A stretch of 63,362 nt of DNA, counting the filler, from Licmophora abbreviata (lineage: Eukaryota): NCBI GenBank assembly GCA_900291995.1. It is 13 parts of 13 records of this genome, joined end to end, with 100 filler letters (N's around TTAATTAATTAA, not from the genome) between each part and the next. Parts side by side here need not be neighbours in the genome. Positions count along the whole stretch, not along the records: positions 19,081 to 20,250 come from OLMU01004751.1; positions 20,351 to 21,615 come from OLMU01004752.1; positions 21,716 to 38,029 come from OLMU01004753.1; 10 more parts are not named here. One strand, given 5' to 3'. A program made the position numbers and the translations under genes. Positions 19,423-31,166 of this stretch are shown in pieces. The notes below the pieces were generated by a model. It had not been told where the DNA came from. It saw only the letters and a list, made by a program, of their open reading frames with translations, and searched no databases. How positions within the stretch are numbered: position 1 is the first letter of the stretch; each line of letters begins with the position of its first letter.

Positions 19423-20127
19423 ATGACAGACACCAAGGGAGCGCTCCTCATTTCCGATGCCAACTTTGCCCCGGAAAACTCTCAACAACAATCTCCAATT
19501 ATGATCAATCACGGTACCACAGGATCTTCGAAATCCTCGTTCCGAAGCATGGCGATGCAGATTGTGGCTGAGGCTAGCTTTTGCTGGGGCTCGTACGTCG
19601 TTCTGACCACTGTGTTGCCAGAGGCTGCCAAGGGCTTGCTTCCAGTGACTAGCAGTGTATTCAGCCGGGCTGTCACGTCTTTGGGACGGGCCGTCGTCAA
19701 TCTTAGAGACACACTGATGGAAGAGGTACTCAGATTGAACCGAAAGCAAGATGACCTAGGAGAAAAACAAGATGAAATGCATGCGGAAGTTCTGGTTGTA
19801 AAGGACAACCAAGGGGATATCAAGGGTGATCTTGGTCTACAAGAGACCCTAGATTTATGCCGTGCCACCTTGTCCGCATCTGAACGCAAAACATCGTAAA
19901 GTGCTCGTGGGGTTCGACTGCCAACTCGCAGTGTCAGTTCCGTCATGCCCCAGGACGACAATCTCATGAACGAACTTGTTGAATTCAGTACCGCAGGAGA
20001 AGAACTCAACAATACCGAACCTCTTGACCAACTGCAGGACGTTCTTACTATCATGCATAATAAGAGTCAAGACGAACACGAGCAGCAGAAAGTTCCCGGT
20101 CTTACATATGCAATTGCCAGTCCCTAG
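19423..20127 (+). pseudogene. Coiled-coil protein resembling DUF1664, with an in-frame TAA at 19897-19899
   Basis: TM segment, then heptad-rich coil. The frame continues after the stop (..ERKTS*SARGVRL..) into ORF 19945..20127. Confidence 0.45.
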
Positions 20128-20350
20128 AATGAGATTCCGAAAACTCCAGCGGAGGTGGAACAGAGCATTCTGGCTATCAAAGACCTTTTGAAAAGCGTAC
20201 GGTGCTACCAGTGAAGAATGCAGAGCAAACATATGGACTTGTCGTTGTATNNNNNNNNNNNNNNNNNNNNNNNNNNNNNNNNNNNNNNNNNNNNTTAATT
20301 AATTAANNNNNNNNNNNNNNNNNNNNNNNNNNNNNNNNNNNNNNNNNNNN

Positions 20351-22019
20351 AACGTGGTATCAATCTTTCCGGCGGACAGAAACAGCGCGTGAGTGTTGCC
20401 AGGGCTGCGTACTCAAACGCGGACATCATCATTCTTGACGATCCCCTGTCCGCGCTTGATCCCGAAGTAGGAAAGCGTCTCTTTGACGAGTGCATCATGG
20501 ACGTAATGAAGGACAAGACGCGGCTCCTTGTTACTAATCAGCTCCAGTGTCTGAGTTTCTGCGACACCGTCGTAGCGCTGGGTGATGGGGAAGTTATTGA
20601 GCAGGGGACATACGATGACCTTTCTAAGACAGAAGGTGGGGAGGTCAGGCGACTCTTGAAGGAGCTCCAGTCAGCGGAATCGCAAAGCTCGGAGACCGAT
20701 AGTAGAGCCGCACCCAATGAAACAGTAACCAGTGGCAATATTAGTGGAAAAACAGGCGTCGAGGAGGAGCAGAAGGTCGACGGAGTGAAAAAGGAACTGC
20801 ATGGGCTTGTGACCAAAGAAGAGCGGAGTATCGGTGCGGTCAGTCTTTCCGTGTATCTGAAGTACCTCGTATCAGGCGGAGGTTATCTGAAATTCACTGG
20901 TGTCTACCTGGGCTTTATTCTGTGCGCTGCTGTCGGCCTTGTCAGCGGCGTTTGGGTTGCCCTCTGGACAAGCGACGCGAACTATGAAAAGCGGTCACAG
21001 GGCTTCTATTTGGGCATGTACGCGCTGACTGCTGTCCTTCTCGGCGTGTTTACATTCATCCGCTCCTATCTGCTGGCCCGCTTTGGTGTTCAAGCATCAA
21101 GAAATCTCCACCAGAACCTTCTTGTATCTGTGTTGAGCGCTCCGATGTCTTGGTTCGACATAACGCCAACTGGGCGAATCCTCTCGCGTTTCAGCAAGGA
21201 CATGCACTCAATCGACCAGGAGCTCAGTGATTATGCTGATTTCTTTCTGTTCTGTTCCATAACCGTGCTGGTGTCCCTTGGCACTATCATGTTCGTGACT
21301 CCCTTCTTCGGAATTGTGGTTCTGCCGATCGGATTTATCTACATCCGTGTGCTAAACTACTTCCGTGAAGTCTCTCGCGAAACGAAGCGATTGGAAAGCA
21401 TCTCAAGATCCCCCGTCTTCTCTCATTTCTCCGAGACGCTTGGAGGCCTTGCCACTATTAGGGCCTACGGACAACCAACGAGATTTGTCGATGACTTCGA
21501 GGACAAGATTGATCAGAACACGAGGGCATATTACTGCAACAAGAGCGCCGATCGCTGGTTGTCGGTGAGACTGGAGCTCATTGGCTCCCTTATTGCTGGA
21601 CTTGCCGCCGTCTTCNNNNNNNNNNNNNNNNNNNNNNNNNNNNNNNNNNNNNNNNNNNNTTAATTAATTAANNNNNNNNNNNNNNNNNNNNNNNNNNNNN
21701 NNNNNNNNNNNNNNNGCGTCAGCTGCTGTGTCTGGGACGGGCCTTGCTCAAGCAGTGCCGCGTGCTACTCTTGGATGAGGCAACATCTAGTGTCGACTAC
21801 GAGACTGACCGAGAGATTCAAAGGACGCTAAGAGAAGCGTTCCCCAGCAGTACAGTCCTTACGATCGCTCATCGTGTAAACACGATCATGGATTCTGATA
21901 AAATTCTTGTCATGAAGGATGGCCTTGCCGAAGAGTTTGCTCCCCCGAAAGAGCTTTTGAGCGATAGGAACTCAATCTTCTCTGAAATTGTTCGCCATGC
22001 CGAATCCGAGAAGCAGTAA
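20351..22019 (+). CDS. ABCC/MRP-type ABC transporter, partial (end of NBD1, TMD2, end of NBD2; middle lost in the linker)
   Basis: [48 protein letters not shown] and [10 protein letters not shown]...IAHR motifs. Confidence 0.93.
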
Positions 22020-22269
22020 GGCTACACTTAAGAGACGATCTTCTCGGAGCGTGACAGTGCTCGTTCTTCAGCCAGAGAGATGAGACATACACCATGACAC
22101 CCAGCGGCAGTAAGTAATTCATCAAATAGACAGAATTTACAGCCCTTGCAACCTTAGCTTTACTAGCTATGATACAGGTGCTCTCTTCCACTTCCTTGCG
22201 TGCGCCAAGGCAGCTGAGCCACATATCCCGTGTAAACAGAGACCAATATACAACCGCAGGTCGTCTAAT

Positions 22270-23939
22270 TCACCAGCCAATCAGATCCACGTCGGCCGGG
22301 AATACCGTTCCCTGGGTACTCACTTGGTGATGCCGGTCGACGTGGAACAACGCACGGCATGTCGAGTTGCGTTGGACGAAGGTTAAGAGCCACACACCAC
22401 CTTCACCATCGCCCACAATCTTGGAACTTTGGGGAAGTTCACAAATCTCGCTGGCCAAGCCCACCGCGTTTGCAACGCATAGCTTCCATTCTGTCCACGC
22501 TTGCAATGGAGATACACGGAGCTCATATCATTCTCTCCCGTAATGGGGACAATGGAAATGTCCCTAGAGAAGGGACACTCGCCTTGGGGAAACGTGAAGG
22601 TCGACACTGGTTGATCTTCATCAGCATAGTAATGGCACAATCGGGTTTGTCCACCCTGACTGTCCACCACCCATATGCCTCCGTGATCGTCCGCGACGCA
22701 GAGAGCATGCTCGTCAATGTCCCCACGATGTGTCGAACCACGAGTCGTGAAATGCCAAAGGCCAACCTCCATGTCGTTATTCTCGCCCCGTTTGCGAACA
22801 TGGACCCATGCGCCACCTGTGTTATCCATGTACACGTGAGATGTCACTGGCACGGTGCGCTTGACACGGCCATTCCTGTTGCGAGAGTTGTAGAACGCTA
22901 GACGCTTTGCATTTCCATGAAGGGAGAGAGCCCAGAGACCGCCGTGGCCGTCCGACACGAACTCAGCCTCTTGGGGGATAAGATACTTCTCGGTTGTGTC
23001 GCGGTTGAGAGTGACGTACTGGACGGCCCACTTGTTGTTGGAGTTTCCACCGTCGGGAGCACAAGTCACGTATAGCCCCTTTGGATGAAACACCGGTCGA
23101 GCATCAAGCGGAAAGGTCGGTTCCATCTGGGCACAGTTCTGCTCTTTGTCGACAAAAAAGACGTCCATGTGGTCACCGTGTGGCAGCCAGATCCAGACAC
23201 CGCTCGAGGTGGAGCGAGCACTTGTACGCTCCACGTAGCGATGTGCCAGGCATTGAACTTGTCTGTCGTCAAAGTCCATAAAGAAGTCTTCATCGTCACG
23301 CGATGAGTCTCGACCGCCTCGTGAATTCTGCAACGGTGGCACATTGGCATCATCCTCACCGATCATGGCCTCAAGCAGGGGCATGTCGTCATCGTCGTTG
23401 TCTTCACCGTCTTCCTGATAGTCTTCTTCTTCTTCACTGTCTGGGTAGCCGTCGTCTTGCTCACCGTGATACGCCATGAACATGACAAAGTCGAGAAACT
23501 CCTCAGGGCTTGAGATTCCTGGTGGGAATGGCATGCCTGAGAGATCCGGGCCACCATTGCTGCCACGTTCCAAACGTCGGCTCTGCGAGCTACGACTTGA
23601 AGCTTCCGGGCCTCTCGAAGCAGTGAGACCTCCAAGACGCTCAAAGTCCTGCATACATACCAAATGACCGCACGCCAAGGCAGCCATAGGTGGATTGGGG
23701 CTATCTTCCAGACAAATGGGACAATGCGTTGACACAAAGACGTTCATGGCCCCATGGGAGAGTCGCGACTCGGCAGCCTCTTGAAACTTGTGGCGTTCGT
23801 TGCAGACGGGGCATTTCAGAGAATCGTCCTCTTCTTCTTCGTCCATTCCTGCGCTCGCAACCATGTGCTGGAATATGAAGGATCCCAAGACCATGCGAGG
23901 ATCCGGGGGATCGTCGTCATCCATGGGAGCGTGATTCAT
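22270..23939 (-). CDS. RING-finger protein with acidic linker and repeated DxxGGxW beta-propeller-like blades; 1-nt frameshift near 22495
   Basis: CPICLED...LACGHLVCMQD RING-like motif. Repeats SDGHGGLW, MDNTGGAW and ADDHGGIW, then GDGEGGVW after the frame switch; stop at 22270. Confidence 0.6.
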
Positions 23940-24704
23940 GCTGATGGCTTTAGCTGCAGGTGCACCGGTACCAGGTACTCACAAGGGAATGAGAAGACTG
24001 ACTTTTTTCGAATTCTAGTCTTCGACACAAGACCAAAACTAAATCAAGAGAGGCAGCCGTCAAGATCAGATCCTTGAGAGCGCTTCCACCGACAGAACGA
24101 GTCCGATAAGGGCAAGGAAACCGAGGAAACGACGGATCTAGGGCTTCACTTCGTTGTCTCTCGTCTCCCTTCACTCACATTGAGGCTTTCTGGGAGTGAG
24201 TCGAGTGAGTCGTTTCGCCTGGTTAGTCCTTGATCAGACAATGATGTCAGGAGATGAACAATGATCGGTCACGAGTCGCCCCCGACCACCAAGAGACGGA
24301 CAACAGTCACGCATGCTACGAGGTCCAACCCTACTGGAGGGCAATAGGAAAGTGGTTCACGAATGCTATCATGCGATATCATATACTATAGAAAGCCCCA
24401 AAGGCTTTTGTGACCTTCGTGATTGTCTCTGCGAGAAGGATAGTTAACAACTAATCTTCGATACCCTAAATACAAATATCAGTAGTCATAGTTTCAAACT
24501 CAAGCATCCGATTTGGGGAAACACGCGTCCATGCGTGACAAGTAACTCACGAAGTCAACAAAAGAGCCAACAGCCCCTTCCTTCATAGCTTCGACCACTG
24601 AGTGTCCCACAACACGCCCAAACCATCGACTTCTATCCCTTGTTAGCTGTCTGCAGATTCATTTCTTCTCTCCGAGTCGCAATCCCCAACAGAACAGAAC
24701 AAAC

Positions 24705-25996
24705 ATGGTCGCCAGAACACGCGTATTCTCCGAATCGTCCATGATTCTTCCCACCACCATCAAAGACACAACTCCCACCATCTCCAGCGGACAGCTCAAA
24801 CGTCGAGTCTCGGCCGGGAATGGTAGTAGCAGCACCAACCTGTATCATTCCGAACCACATGAATACCATCACTCCATCAGCATGGGAGGACAGCGCACTT
24901 CGTCGCCACCAAGGAGTCCGTCGCGTCAGTCCTGCAAGCGCCCCGCGGGATGGTCGACGTGGTTCCTTCTCTTGGTCGTATGCTCCATGAGCGGTGTCTT
25001 GATCTATGGCAAGACGAAGTTTGATGGAGCCCATGAAAACCTCACCCAGGTCCAGATGGAGCGCGATGTGCTTACCAAGAACCAGGGGCAGCTCTTGCTT
25101 CAGCTCGAACAGACCCGACGCAAGTTGGGAAACTCCCCCAAGACGGATCAGGATTGGAGCAGCAAACTTGATACGATGAGACACGAAGCTAGAATGCTAG
25201 AAAAGGAGCTTCAGACCGAGAAAAAAGCCAATCAGGACGGTGAATACGAGAAGAATCAGCTGCAATCTCGGTTGCAAGACATTGCTAGGCGCAGTGTGGT
25301 TGACAAGTAAGTTGCACAGAAGCAAATACGTATGCCTCCACGATACCAACATGGTTCATGAGTCTAACATTTTCCTACTTTCCAACGACTTTGCTTTTCA
25401 GATTCGGTGAAGGCCCTTATTATGTGCAATTTGTACTCAAGCTTCCAAACCAGAACAAGCGTGAATACTTTACTGTCGAAATGGCATCGGTCGATGCCAT
25501 GCCAGCCGCTGTCTATACATTCCTGATGCAGGTGGGCAAGCTCTTGTGGGACTACACTTCCTTCTATCTTAATGCCGATCATGTCTTGATGGCCCGCCCC
25601 GTATCAACCAACGGAAAGCACTCCAAGCGAGCACAGTTCGACAACGAGGGCTTGTCTCACGTTCCTTTCCAAGAGTACCATGAGGCTTACCCACACGTGG
25701 AGTACACTATGGGTTTCTCTGGCAAGCCAGCGGGACCGGATATTTACATCAACAAGGAGGACAACACCGTTCCACATGGCCCAGAGGGACACCAACACTT
25801 TGGAGCTGCAGAACCGTGCTTTGGTAGAGTCATTATTGGGAAGGAGGCGATTGACAAGATAAATAACCTTCCCGGCCTCGAGGAGAAGCCATCACTGCTG
25901 GCGAAGTCCGTGGAAATATTATCAGCACGAGTCCTCGACGATTTGAATGACGCCGTCGGTGGTCCGCAATACATTGCTCAACAACAACGCCGTTGA
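24705..25996 (+). CDS. Type-II membrane, coiled-coil, cyclophilin-like domain protein; exons 24705-25306 and 25402-25996
   Basis: GTAAGT...TTTTCAG intron 25307-25401 joins DK|FGEGPYYV. YTMGFSG..GPDIYIN..DNT..HGP...PCFGRV is a cyclophilin-like pattern. Confidence 0.75.
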
Positions 25997-26175
25997 TAAC
26001 GATGTTAGAGACAATGATATGACCCGCTATAAACCAGACCAACCTAATAGGAGCAACGCATTAACTCAATACTTCCACAGTAACCGATCGCACGTTGAAT
26101 GCGTGACTGCATGACGTGCGCCAGCTACACCATATCATAAAGATAACACGCTACTTGGCCACAAGAAGACTCTCC

Positions 26176-26712
26176 TTAGTCGCTCTTGCCTCTCGTGATC
26201 TCCTGCTGGAACAGATATCGCCATTTTCCGAACACCCCGATCCAATAACAGTCCATGCCGGCGCTGGGAACTCGGACGATCGCTAGGGTGGAGGCGCCGA
26301 GCATGGGATACAACGTGACTTCGTACCCAAGTCCCGTAGTAAGCTCTGTCGCTACGGAGGCCGCCACTTTCGCGTAGGCCTTCTCGATAAAGCCCCTTGG
26401 CTTGTTCGGGTCGTTTTCGGGAAGATGATAGCCCCGCAAGACTCGTTTGAGTTCTCGTTTGGCATCGAAAGATTCTATGCTCGGACACGTTTGGACTGCA
26501 TAGACGTAGAAAAGAGGGAAGGCAGCCATATAAAAGATAAACATGGCCTGAAACATCACTTTCGCTACCATTGCAGCTCCGATTGCATAGCCCGCCATCA
26601 CCAAGAGATCTTTGTTTTGCTGATCCGTGAGAAACGATGCTGGGTCCTCTCCGCCAGTGCCTTGTCCGTCAGGTCTGGCCTGATTCTTCCTAGCAGCAGT
26701 GTCAGACGACAT
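26176..26712 (-). CDS. Hypothetical membrane protein
   Basis: 178-aa ORF with a two-helix hydrophobic segment and a protein-like C-terminus (CPSIESFDAKRELKRVLRG). Confidence 0.7.
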   Translation of the reverse strand: MSSDTAARKNQARPDGQGTGGEDPASFLTDQQNKDLLVMAGYAIGAAMVAKVMFQAMFIFYMAAFPLFYVYAVQTCPSIESFDAKRELKRVLRGYHLPENDPNKPRGFIEKAYAKVAASVATELTTGLGYEVTLYPMLGASTLAIVRVPSAGMDCYWIGVFGKWRYLFQQEITRGKSD

Positions 26713-27609
26713 AACGTGATGGCCAGATTTTCAATAACAGGGGCTGCTCACATCAAACAGGACGGTGTGGTTTTCCATGGTACCGGGCGGGTATCTCTGA
26801 CACCGTTACTCGTAGGTCTAGTGGTAAGCGTGCCGCAGCTGCGTCGCGCCAACACAATTGCAAAGCTGTGGAGCTCGTGAACACTCTTTCGCGAGTTCTA
26901 TTTTCACCTGTTGCAAGGTACGGTATCAAACTACCTGATACCAGCGCAACCAATGCAGTCTACCACTAGGTCAAGTCTACTTTTCGAATGGTACTTCTGG
27001 GACCAGGTGTACGTTCAATGTATGATACGTGGAACGACCTGCAGCAGCCTATCCTAGCGCACTTCTAAGTAGTGTAGTAAGTGTCGAGCGCCTTTATGAG
27101 AGACGGACGAGTCCAAGCATCGGAAACAGAATTGTGACGCGGGACCCCGACAGCTCCTAGTCGGATTGTTGGAATAAATACCCGCCATGAATGATATGGC
27201 GACGTACCAAATCGTTCTTTGCCTGGTACACCTAAAGGTACCAGTACAGTCTATTTTGTGATATGCCTCTCCCTAGCTTTGCCGGTATCCTGTACTAGCA
27301 TGCCTGCTCAAAAACAAGCTGCCGAGCGATCTTGATCCAAGATGAGGTTTCGGAACAGCCGAATTGGGAATTCCGATCACAGACATTCACTGAAGACTTC
27401 CATTGACCGAAGAAGCGTAGAAGATGGACATGATGAGCCTGAGTTCTCGACTCCAGAGCCCGACGAGGGAAGTTCGGCTACTAGCTGTTACCTACTCCAG
27501 TACGATTTGCAAATTGGGACCAGAGTCGTAAAGAACAGAATCAACGACAAGCCACACCCTCCTAGAGGGCCGTGCCAATTTCCGAGACCATGGTTGAAAC
27601 AACACTCTG

Positions 27610-30600
27610 TTACAAAACAGATACAATGAGTGACCTTATCAGTTTCCAACGTTCGAAAAGTTCGCTCGGCAGAGTGTCGCCTTTGAGTTTATCAAGGGCT
27701 TCCAGTATCGTCCCTGTACGCGCGTTCTTATTCATGGTCATCAAGTCCCCCTTCAAAGCGTGGAACTTCTCTCGAATCGCAGGCCATCTTGAAGCTAGTG
27801 CAACGTCGGTGGTGTCCGCACAAAGTTCATCAATGACTGCTATTGCATTCATCAGGTCTTCGCTAGAAATCTGGAGCCCACCGGAGCCCGAGTCGGACTC
27901 CTGTGAGCTCATCATCGAGGATCCTGCTGTATCAGGCATCTCGTCTGGGAATCGATCGACCCACAGTGGCTCTATCTGCTCTAGTACACGGTCTTTCTGA
28001 ATTGGAGCCTTCGGGAGGAACCCGTGTGCGCGGGTTCGGTACAGGGCAACGTCCTCTGAGCTATCATTGGCGCTTCGAACCAAAGCAAGCACCCTCTCCT
28101 CTTCGTCTGGATCCATCTGACCACGAAGGTGCTGGACCACAAGTGAGCCAGAAACCATTTTGCCATGAGCCACCCCTTCTTCAATTTCCAGATTCTCATC
28201 AACGATGAGCAGAAACTTGTCATTTGGATGCTCGTGAACTTCCTGTTTCACGAAGTCAGCAAACCCCATGACTTCTTTCGAGTCCTTCCCCAAAACTTTC
28301 CGCCGACCCGACTTCACGCCCATCAGCGACATAAAACGGTCAAGTAATTTCCTCTGCACTAGAGAGTCATCGATTGCTATCCCCCAGACGTTGTCGGGCA
28401 GGTGAAACTTTGACTTCCTTTTTTCCTGGCCCAAACTGGCTACTGGCAGCCAAGCTTCGGCAGGGCAGATTAAAGTAAAAACAGTGCGGTCTTTTGCAAA
28501 TTTGATCGAGCACTTTCCACCGAGCGTTTCTGCGCACTTCTGCATGATCCAAGCCCCATCTCCTGTCGAGGTCGCTACAATGGCTTCACCTAGTGAGCGA
28601 GAAGACGCTTCCGAAGGATCGTGAAGTCTAGTACCAACGGCAAATACTTTCTCCTTTTCACTCTCACTGAGCTCCATAAGCTCCTCGTGCCGCGGTCCTG
28701 GCAAATTGATGACGTCCATCCGGAGCTCCTTCTTCTCAAAGTTAAAAGCAAGAGATGTCGTCACAACGCCGCCGTCCTGACCGTATTTGCAAGCATTAGA
28801 GACAGCGTTACGGTGGATGTGACGCAGCAGTTGCGGATCCGTGATAATAGTCGGAAAATCTGTTGGGGAAGATAGCAAAGGAAAGCGGTCTGCTGCCGAA
28901 GAAGTTCGGCCTCGTAAGCCCGATAAGACAGTTTTTGCATCAATCCTTCCCTTCTGCGGTTCGTACACCTCGTGGACAACATCTCGTGCCATAGCCTCTG
29001 ACATAACTGTATCAAGAACTTCCAGCAAAGTGAGTTCCAGCTCAGCCAGGTTCTGCCTCACTTCGGAGGGTTTCGTCTCTCCGGCGTTCAAGGATTGGTC
29101 TGAAGCCATTCGATTCATCTCCTCGGAGCTATGCGGTTCAACGGGCGTGTTTTCCCAGCTCTCCTTGATCGACTGCACTAGACCAATGCTCGCTAGCAAA
29201 CCGTTTTTTGTTTCGTGTCTCGTGAATCGATTCGCTTCAAAGTCTTTTTTACGTTCTGTCATTTCGACAACCAGTCGCTTTTCAGTCTCAAAGCGGGTAA
29301 AGCGTTCGCTAATATCGCGGACTACTAGCACGAGAGCATCTGTCTCGAGACGAGTCACTTTTGCCTCGCACTGAACAGTTTGTTCACACCCTTCCGGATC
29401 CTTTCGATACAGCTCATGCATCATCAAGGAGTCTTCGTCCGCTACCAAATCCCATGTCTTTGCAATTAGTGCGGACATAGACTCAATATTTCGTTGATCT
29501 GTTGACGACGGGTCGGAACTGATGAACTTTCCCAAAAGATCACTCTCACTCCCTATGTCCGCTTCCGTGACAGGATGAGACATGTTCATTGCAAAGACGT
29601 TTCGCGAAGATTCCTCACCCGGATTCACTTCAAAGACGAGAGCGATGTTTTCTTGTAGTTGAGGCTTTGACTCATCCGCCTCGCCATTCATGCGGACGAA
29701 TCTCGGGCTAACGACTGCCTTGATCTTGTCTGTTCCTCTCACACAGAGAACAATAACATCACTCGAAGACTCCCACACAGCGGACATCAGGTATCGCATC
29801 TCTTCTAGTCTCCTCATCGCCCGCGACGACTCATCAAACAGAACCTGAGCAGAGAGAGGCGCGTCAGATCCCGAACCTGCTTCACAGCTCAGGTCGACAC
29901 ATGCACTGTTGTTCATACCTCATTAGCATCAATCAGTAGATTTAGATACCAAATCTTACTTCCCACTTCAAAAACGCCTTCCACGATCGATGGCAATGCC
30001 GAGGATGACAGCCACGTATCAGCTGGGGCATTCTGACCGAAACAGCAGGCAGAGAAGGCCACTACAAGCAGGGTCCACACGACTGCACATGCCTGCAGCA
30101 ATCGAAAGCTGTATCGCACACGTTCATAGTGCTCTTGGTCTTCCACCGATGTTCCTCTGGGAGTAGTCTGACAACGCTTGAATCGCTGATAGAGACGAAC
30201 GTACAAAGACACAAACAGGACGCAGGAAATCACAAAGTTCGCCATCCACATCCTCAGCGTCTGACAAAACGGGAAAATCAAACCCGCAGCAGTACTAAGG
30301 CCAATGGCAGCTCCATGTTGCCACGCCACTCGCTCGGCTGCAAGTCCCTGATTGGGCATGTCAATGCCTTCGGTCAGAAAGGTCATGAGAAAGGCAAGGG
30401 GAATCCATTCAACCCACCGGGCTAGAAGAACCCGCTGACCCGTAATGGGATCAATCATCACTGGTGTAGGAAAGACAAGCATAATGGCGACAGACGATAT
30501 GGCGATGCCTTGGACGGTGCACGAACCGACAATGGCGCCCGTGTTGACGCAAGACCGCCCCCGGAACAACAGTGGGATCAGCCTGGACCCATTCGTGACG

Positions 30601-30893
30601 CACAGTAAGACTAGCACTAGAATGCAGGCACTTCGTTCCGGACCTTCCAGATATTCATACGAGTCGGCTGGTGCCAAGACACCGTGTAGGAGACAGAGAA
30701 GAGCGATCCAGATGCAGAAGCCGACAAGCGAACCCTTTCTCAGAAATCCCCCGACCCGTCGGATATCATCGTCGTTTGAGCCGAGCCCCAAAGTGGACAA
30801 GCGACTCAATTTCGACGGCAGGTAGGGTCTATCATCCTTTCCAGTACTAGTACGCTCTTCTTTTGGCTTATCTTCGGTTTCAGTGGGCGCCAT
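27610..30893 (-). CDS. Rhodopsin-like (8-TM)-PAS-histidine kinase-receiver-HPt hybrid sensor, about 1069 aa; exons 30893-29919 and 29844-27610
   Basis: Phase-0 intron 29918-29845 (GTATGA...TCTGAC...CTCTCTCTGCTCAG). Rhodopsin part: ARWVEW helix C, EVGSK helix G. Signalling part: RDISER PAS end, TRHETKN H-box, NAVSNACKYG N-box, STGDG G2, IDDS/IVDENL/LPKAP receiver, FHALKG HPt. Confidence 0.85.
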
Positions 30894-31166
30894 TGTTGTT
30901 TCAGCGCAGACACGAGTGCCAAAAGGTCAATTCCCACTTTGTGAACTTGAATGGATACGAGACTTTCTCTGTGCACCCATTCTTTCATGCCAACGATTTA
31001 TGGCATCTGCCGACTTCTCCCTTTGGAAACTTCAAAGTGTGCGGCGTGGTATCAATCAGAAGTATTTATGGAAAAGTGCGTCACACTCAGAAGGTCAGAA
31101 CCTTTTGTTGAAGTGGAAAGATCGCGAGAAAGATTGCTGGATGGCGACCACACGACGGCGACGACC

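Noticed and set aside
22265..22323. Possible intron (GTGAGT donor) at the 3' end of the RING gene
   Set aside because: Unspliced read-through gives TVFPADVDLIGW*, which matches the internal repeat pattern; the spliced alternative gives no convincing sequence.
24198..24211. 14-mer GAGTCGAGTGAGTC shared with 46107-46120, both upstream of minus-strand genes
   Set aside because: A few shared 14-mers are expected by chance in about 46 kb and the motif is low-complexity; two copies are insufficient evidence.
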